Of a stretch of 64,000 bases of DNA, positions 56,897 to 64,000 are shown piece by piece (positions within the stretch are counted from its first letter, which is position 1; the number at the start of each line of letters is the position of its first letter). This DNA comes from Guillardia theta CCMP2712. Lineage: Eukaryota > Protista > Cryptophyta. The stretch covers positions 741,220 to 805,219 of the forward strand of contig NW_005434665.1 in assembly GCF_000315625.1 (NCBI RefSeq), given 5' to 3'. The position numbers and the translations under genes are program-made. The notes beneath the pieces were generated by a model. It was not told where the DNA came from, made no database searches, and worked only from the letters and a program-made list of their open reading frames with translations.

Positions 56897-59081
56897 TTAT
56901 CCTCAGCAGCCCGAGAGCTTCACCTTCTTGCCTGAGCTCTTGGTCACGCTCAGCGTCGTGAAGGACTCAGCGCTGGTGGGATGGATGCCGACGAGCTCGT
57001 CGAGGTCCCTCTTGCACGCCCTCAGCTTGACCGCCAGCGCGAAGCCCTGGATGATCTCTCCTGCGTTGTCCCCGACGATGTGCATGCCGATGATCCGCTC
57101 CTGCTCGGAGGGGAGCACGATCACCTGCAACCCCCGTCAGCTTCCTCTCCCTCTCCCTCCTCTTCTTCGCCACCTTGAGGAAGCATGCTGTCTCCTTGCG
57201 CGCCGCCCTTGGCTGCAACTCCATCATTGGGAGCGCCCACTCGAGCGGCCTATAGAGGTTGTGGTAGACTTCGATCTTGTCCTTGCCGTAGGTCTTGATC
57301 GCCTCCTCCTCGCTCATCCCGACGCATCCGTACTGCCAGCAGCGTCAGCATCGCACCCGCCCGCAGGACAAGATGCCTCGAGAGGGGTGAAGACTGTCGT
57401 GGGGACGCCAAGGTAGTCCATCTTCCTTCTTGAGTTGCCGAACAGACGATCAGCAAGGAGCTGACCAGCCTGGATGGCAACGGGAGTAAGCTCAGGACGA
57501 CCGTCAAGTACGTCCCCGATGGCAAAGATGTGCTCGCAAGTCGTCTGCTCTGTGTCTCCGATACCCTCCCCGACCCCGACGATCTTCTCAGACTTGCTCT
57601 CGACCTTCACGCCCGCTTTGTCGAGGTCCAGCTGCTTCGTTAGCGCGTACCTGCAACACAGGCAGGTAAGGAGACGACTTGCACGTCGACAGGAGCGTCA
57701 GACCTGCCAATGGCGAGGAGGACTGTATCGAACACGTCCTGCTTCATCTCGCCCTTGTCATCGGTGTAATGGACTTTCACCTGCTTGCCAACCCTCTCGA
57801 ACTTCTTGGGCAGGCATCCCCGCCAGATGTCAACCCCGTCCTTCTGCATGTAGTCCACTACAAGCTGCGCACACTGCTGGTCGAACCCGCGCAGCGGAAT
57901 CGACCGCATCATGACTGTGGAAGAGAATCCGATGGCGTGCAAGAAGCCGGCACACTCAAGAGCTACGTAGGAGGCTCCGACCACGAGAGTTCGGCCTGGC
58001 GGTTCCTTGAGAGAGAACAAGTCGTCACTCGTTACGCAACACTCCCTGTCTCCTTCAACATCAAGATACTTGGGTCTGCCTCCCACCGAGATCACAAATG
58101 CTGCTGCTGTCTTCTTCTCGATTCGCCCTTGGGCATCCCTGAGTTCGACGGTGTGGGCATCTATGAAGCGAGCTTTGCTGTTCCAATACTCGACGTTTGC
58201 TGACCTCAGCTCGTTCCTGGTTACCGACAGGTTACAACGTCGCTAGAGAGCACGAAAAACAAGCACGTGCAAGACAATTGTGTGCGGAGAGAAGACATGG
58301 AGTTTGGGGTCAGGGTAGCAGGGAGGGAGGGAGGCAGGAGGAGACTGGTCAGACCTGTATCCGAAGTTCAAGCTTCCGATGTAGTTCTGGACGTTGTCGA
58401 CAAGCGTCTCCCATGAGTGTTGGACATCGTCGGGGCATGCAAACCCGAAGCTCTTCGCGTCCAAGATCGCCTCGTGGATCAGCCCCGCTCGATGCATCAG
58501 CTTCTTGGGGATGCAGCCAACGTTGACACACGTTCCTCCCAGTCCCCATGACGTCCCCTTGGGCGTCGGGTCCACATAGTCGCACACCGCTACCTGTAAA
58601 CTGCATCAGTCGCATGATGCGAAAGAGGTACAATGGTCGGCTCTGCGACCTTTGCGCCATGGCTGGCCGCCTGCTTCGAGCATGCAAGGCCTCCCGACCC
58701 TCCGCCGATGACGATCAGATCATATTCGTAGGGATGAGAAGCAAAGTTGATATGGTTTTCCGCTACCACGACAGTCTCAGTGTTTGGGGACCCTCGCGGA
58801 GCAGGGGAGCTCGATTGCATGAAGGCACGTGATCGCTTCGCTCGCATCTCGGAAACATCCTCTGCATAGATCTCGCTCTGCAGCCCTTCCTCCTCGAACT
58901 CTCCGGCCGCCTTCTCCATCGCCATCTGAAGCCGGACCAAGGCATTGCCTCCCCCACGAAGTCTTGCCAGCCTCGCCGCAGGCATCGCAGGGGGGCAAGG
59001 CGTGAGCTCGGCGAGGGAAGGGGCAACGAGAAGTAGCGATGCTGCAGCGAAGAGGAGAGGAGAGGAGAGCCAGGCTCTCAT
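56897..59081 (-). CDS. TXNRD: High-Mr selenocysteine thioredoxin reductase with an N-terminal signal peptide, multi-exon
   Basis: [40 protein letters not shown] and GIHPTSAE. The C-terminus GGC TGC TGA GGA TAA reads G-C-U-G-stop, with a SECIS downstream. Confidence 0.95.
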
Positions 59082-59293
59082 GCTGCAAGCGCTCCCCTTC
59101 ATTCCTCCTCCTCGTTAGGCTTGTCCTCTGTTTTCCCTTTCCCCTTTTTTCTTCTTACATTTTTCGAGCCCGCCTCAAGGTTTCCCTTTTAGCCTCCTGC
59201 AGGCTCCTTTGGGCTCCTGCTCCTCCTGCTCTTCCTGCTCCTCCTGCTCCTCCTCCTGCCCCATCGCTCCTCTCTCCCCTGACGATCAGGGCC

Positions 59294-59629
59294 ATGCCTG
59301 CGCCCACGTTCGAGGAGGTTGATCGTGAGGCAGAGGAGTGCGGCTCCTGACTTGTTTCTGCAGGTTGAGGGGTTGGGCATGACGTCATCGCAAGCCATCA
59401 TCGCGTTTCTCCTTGCTGCCTGGTTAGCGGTGATGTACTGTATCCTGGACAGGAGAATGGGTGAGAGCATGTTGAGGTTAAGCGGGCAAGGTGACTTCGT
59501 GGGCTTGCAGGAAACAGCAGCCAGGAGAATATGTACAGACTGCTGGAGCAGATGGAGAAGATGAAGGAGCAGGGGTTGCTGGACGAGAGCGACATGGAGG
59601 TCCTGCGAGCGCAGAAGAAGACGAACTAG
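59294..59629 (+). CDS. 79-aa single-pass membrane microprotein with SHOCT-like helix pair and KKxx ER-retrieval end, 3 exons
   Basis: Spliced product MPAPTFEE|VEGLGMTSSQAIIAFLLAAWLAVMYCILDRRM|GNSSQENMYRLLEQMEKMKEQGLLDESDMEVLRAQKKTN, using two GT-AG introns of ~46-48 nt. Confidence 0.65.
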
Positions 59630-59672
59630 CAGTTTGATTGAAGGGAGTCTGAGGACAAGGAGGAAGCGAAAG

Positions 59673-60630
59673 ATGTCTTCAGACGAACAGAAGAACCCCG
59701 AGCAACAAAAGGCAAGTAAGGACGACGGGAGAGTGCGAGCAGGCGCTAATGGCCTGGAACCATTGTGGCCAACCTCCGTCAAGTACCTCAAAGTGATCCT
59801 TTGCAGACCCTTGCCCGTTGTGTGATGTTGCTGAGCTCAGGAGAACGACTGGGATGAGATCTCGGGCAGTGAACGAGAATGGTTCTGTGTAACAAGACTG
59901 CAAGGAGTGCAGGTATGATCGCGCATCGTCATCAAACGCAAGCATGCGGAGTCCGGTGCGAGGAACAGAGGCTGAGCGCCACTGGGCAGGTCCGTTTCAT
60001 CCACCATGATGGGCACCCTTGCAAGGGACAGCGGGGGTTGTTTGCCATCCGGTACATGCGCAGGTGTTTGCCAATGACCGCTGAGCGTCAATCCTTCAGA
60101 GTATGGGAGCCTTTTGAAGTCTTGGGAGAATACTGTGGAGTGGTGAAGGTTCCGAATGATCAGGAAGCAAGACAGTGTGACAGTGACTATGCTGTAGCAG
60201 TCTACAAAGTAACACTCATTCACTTTGATAGCCCATATCTTGTCACCTGTTGATCTGAAACGTTGTTTGCATCGCAATTGCGCACCCTCTGCGGTCTCAG
60301 TCTGCAACATGGACGCCATTCATTGATGCTTCTCGAGCAGGAAATGAAACCAGATTCATCAACGACTTCCGAGGTCTCATCGAGTGTTCCCCATCCCACG
60401 TCTCTGCTGACTTGTTGCCAGGAGTGGCAGGCAGCCCGAACTGCAAGTTTTCGCAGGTTCCTTCTCTTCAGTCTGTTTGTCACCTCCTTTATGAACTTGC
60501 CGCCCTCCAGTCTCACGTGGGAGGGAGGCCTGCGATCCTTGTGGTTATCACAAGGCAAGTGAAAGAGGAGGAGGAGCTCCTGGTCGACTACGGCGACGTC
60601 TACTGGGCGGGGTCGACATACCGCGAGTAG
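59673..60630 (+). CDS. Small SET-domain protein, multi-exon
   Basis: HPCKGQRGLFA, LGEYCGVV, IDASRAGNETRFINDFR, PNCKF and EELLVDYGDVYW. Confidence 0.85.
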
Positions 60631-60677
60631 TGATGGGTTTTAATATCAGTCAGAGGTTCGCATATTTTTCACATGGT

Positions 60678-62463
60678 CTAAGAGTCGGAGTCCGATGATT
60701 CGATGATGCCCACCTTGCTGCCCGATGCTGCCGTCGGGGTCGGGGCCGGTGATTCATCCGAGGACGACGACGACATAATGCTTTCGTTTCTCCTCGGAGT
60801 TGATTGAGAATCGTCATTCTGCTGGCTCTCCCCTCGCTTCTCCCTCTCCGCTTCTTGATTTCCATCTGCCAAGCTCTCCCGTCCCAGATCAATTCGCTTC
60901 TGTTTCAGGGCCTCCTGCTCCTCCTCAGATAGCTTCCGAAGCTGCGAGAAAGAATCACAATAAATCATCACATCGGGGTTCAACAAGAGCAGAAAACACA
61001 ACAAGATGCAACAAGACAGAAGGGTGCTTCACCGTTTGAACTGCTTTCAAGTACGACGGGAATCTCTCCTTCAACCTGCGAGAAATCCTGTCTGGACCGT
61101 CGAGATCCCTGCAGAAGCAAACTTCAGCATTGCAGTGGAAGAGAGCATAACGAAGGAAGCTCACATGATTGCCGAATGGGTGAGAATGTCTTTGCGCTTT
61201 CTAAGATAGGTTCGATTGTGAAGCGGATGATAAAATGCACATCCCGAATTCTCCCCAGTTTTCTCCACGAAGGCCACAACGAAGTGGTCATCATGCCACT
61301 CCTCCTGGTACATTCGTGCCTGAGAAGATCAAAGGATGAGTAGAAAGCTACAACAGCCGAACGGAAACACTCACCTCATTCTCGCAATACTCTCGAAGAC
61401 AATTGAACTCGGTGACTTTTTCGTCCTCATCTTCATCCATCTCATCATCGGCATCATCACCCCGCTGTGGAGCAGCAACCACATTCAGTCGGACGCATCG
61501 GTCAGGATACTTCACACTCAACCTTCGCCATCTTCTTCCGTCGTTTGCTTTCAGGAGCAGGCAGCATGTAAGCAAACGTACGATCATTCGCCTGCAGATA
61601 GTTAGACTGGAGACAGCCGAGTGTACGATTACATGCTGCATCGAGCGCCCAATGTTGATGAAGGCCGTTGATGCCAAAGTTGCGCGATCTGCCATTGAAG
61701 TATTCGCTGCCTTCGGGTCGTCCAAGGTAGGATCTTGGTCGAAAACAAGCTCGGTATAATCGTTGGGCCAGCACTTGGTATCCGGTAGGATCTCCCAAAC
61801 CTTGGTGGCCACGAGATCCGGGTTTGTTGGATGTTTGAGGTCTTCGAGCTTTCGGGACAGTTCGAAGGATTTCTCGATCTTCTCTGCCAGCTGCTTCGGC
61901 GTGAGCTCCTGAACGTCCTCTTGGATGGGAACAGGCAGTTGAACTTGGGGTTTGTGACCTTGCTGATAGTCATACAAATCCTCATTGCCATAGTACGCAG
62001 TCTTGTGCAGCCAAGGCACATTAGGCCTCTCCTTGATATTGATGCGAAGGTTGGACCTGTTTGTTTCGACCTTCTCCCCTTCAAGAAGATATTTATCCTC
62101 TGGAAGCAGCGGGGCGCCGTTTGACGGCGGCTCGTAAGTTTCCGGTTCGATAAGATCGATGTGTATCCCCAGGTTCGGCTCCGTGAGCAGGCTGTACTTG
62201 AAGTTCTTCTCCAGGGACGTGAACGAGTACGAAGTCAGCTTCTTTACATCCATCTGGCTCGCCAGGAACTTGGGCTCGAAGGGTAGCTCAGGAAGGTCGT
62301 TCCTGAACTTCATCTTAGAGATGAAGGTGTCGGCTCTGGACCTCTTGGTGAGCAGCGAGTGATCCTCTGCTAAGTTGATCGGCGCTGCATCGCCCTTGTT
62401 CGGCGCCTTCCTGCTGTCCTGCCCAGGCTGCCGCGCGTGCGACGACGTCGGCCGGGCTGCCAT
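60678..62463 (-). CDS. PAF1: RNA polymerase II-associated factor 1
   Basis: FISKMKFRNDLPELPFEPKFL, TSLEKNF, LGIHIDLI, VPWLHKT, IEKSF and KHPTNPDL..WEILPD, with an acidic tail. Confidence 0.9.
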
Positions 62464-62828
62464 TCCTCGTCCACACGTCCGTTACCGCTGTAACGGAGTA
62501 TTTGGATCGAGCGGAACCGGTTCAAATCGGCTCGAATCGATTTGAGACTTCAATGCGGCATGGGCAGCGCTAATGATGGGGGAGGGAGGGAGGGAGGGAA
62601 GGAAGGAGGGGCGTAGAGATGATGAAAATGGAGGAATAGAGAGAGAGAGGAAGGGAAGGGAAGGGAAGGGGAGAGGAGAGGAGGGAGGCCAACAGATAGC
62701 AGGAGAGGCTGAGAACTTAGTTATGCTCCGTTGCTGTGTGCTATTGCCTGCACCACTCGGATTTCAGGTAGACCTCCTGTGCAGAGATTGCTGAAATTCT
62801 GTTCCCCTAGCGGCTGAGCATCTTGAAC

Positions 62829-64000
62829 ATGAACAGAGAAGAGCTGCCCCAGGTTTGTATGAGTTCTGTACTCCTACGACTCCGACCACTAGGATTTGAT
62901 TCATGGTGCTGCAGGGCGTACAAAACCTTGGCTCAGAGCAGATCATCTTATGGAAAGACACGAAGAAATGGGTTGAAGAGGTGGCAAAGAGGCTGAAGTA
63001 CAACAATGTCCAGGTGGACGATGTTCATCTTCCTGTTCGTGTATGATTCTCATCATCGTTTCTCAGGTTGCCAGACTAACAGGACTACCCACCGACGCAT
63101 TCGACGCATGGTATTCAGGCGCGGCGCCTGAGGTAAAGATTACCACACTCTTGAGACAATGGATCAAGAAGATCGTGGATCAAAACGCCAACAAGCATCA
63201 GCCCGCATCAGACTTGCAGAAGCAGCAGCAATCTCCGATGCAACAGAACTTCGCTGGGGCCTCGGGGAAGTCACAGCAGGTAGCGTGACCTTCTTGCGAG
63301 ATGCTGCGGTCTCACATCCTGCAGCTTTTTCGTCCACAGCAAAATGTCTCCTCCCAGTATCAGGGGAACAAGCCCGGTCAGGTACCGCAGCTGCGAGCGG
63401 GCGTTACCTTTCCTGACCTCCACTCCTTCAAACCAGGTGGGACGCGGTGGCCAGATGCTCCCTGGCGGGACAGGGATGTTCGGTGATAGTGCAGGAGCTC
63501 TCTCTGTGGATGCTTCAGCGAAGGTTTCCTCCGAGCTCATGCAGGCTATCTCAGGATACTACAACGATTACCTCTTTCCTGACCCCACCCGTGATGAGCT
63601 GCCGCCCTTCCCGAGGATTCAAGCGCCGGTGGAGTACGTGGAAGCCAAACCTCCGCCAGACTGGTCGCCTGATAATTTCTTTCCCTCCTCCGACAGCGCT
63701 GCCGAAAAGTTGGTCCCCATCCGCCTTGAGATCCATGCGGACGGTCGTTCGCTAAGGGATGTAGTGATATGGAAGATCAGCGAGAATAACGGGAAGGGAG
63801 ACGTGATTACGCCGGAACAGTTTGCAAGGCACCTCTGTGAAGACACGGATCTCCCGCCAACCTTCGAACCTCTCATCGTCAACCAGATGAATGACCAGAT
63901 CAATGACTTCCTCTACCACGGGGCATCGGAGGAATCCGTGCAAGGGTGCATTGACGAGGATTCGTACGGCAACTCCACCGAAAGATTGCACAAGATCAAG
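62829..64000 (+). CDS. SNF5: SWI/SNF subunit SNF5/SMARCB1, runs off the window end
   Basis: The last exon in the window reads EKLVPIRLEIHADGRSLRDVVIWK...ITPEQFARHLCEDTDLP (SNF5 repeat 1). The start codon is inferred. Confidence 0.85.

Overview
This is eukaryotic nuclear DNA. It is gene-dense with short (~45-55 nt) spliceosomal introns, intronic microsatellites and two 100-N gaps. The style and an AAA|Y bipartite plastid leader suggest a cryptophyte alga, Guillardia theta-like (inference). About 25 genes are supported, including P4H, ABC1 kinase, two ankyrin proteins, a NACHT-WD40 protein, a 2,097-aa coiled-coil protein, an LRR surface protein, an ACC-synthase-like enzyme, MORN, a GT47, an aquaporin, a Tul1/FLY1-like E3, UBA2, a STAR-KH protein, a VWA/Cache protein, HAUS5-like, thioredoxin reductase, a SET protein, PAF1 and SNF5. 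Four points stand out. (1) The NLR-like NACHT-WD40 protein begins with a 75-aa ubiquitin-like domain ending in LLGG, followed directly by a cryptic GCGAS myristoylation/palmitoylation motif. This suggests protease-gated membrane targeting. (2) The thioredoxin reductase has a GC-UGA-G end and a clear SECIS, plus a signal peptide followed by a ubiquitin-tail-like RLRGG. This is a second apparent use of a di-Gly cleavage tag. (3) There are two microproteins: a 56-aa Ala/Tyr-rich ejectisin candidate and a 79-aa KKxx membrane protein. (4) Strand-polarised GGGGT-rich islands recur upstream of genes. All family calls come from motif recognition; no database search was run.
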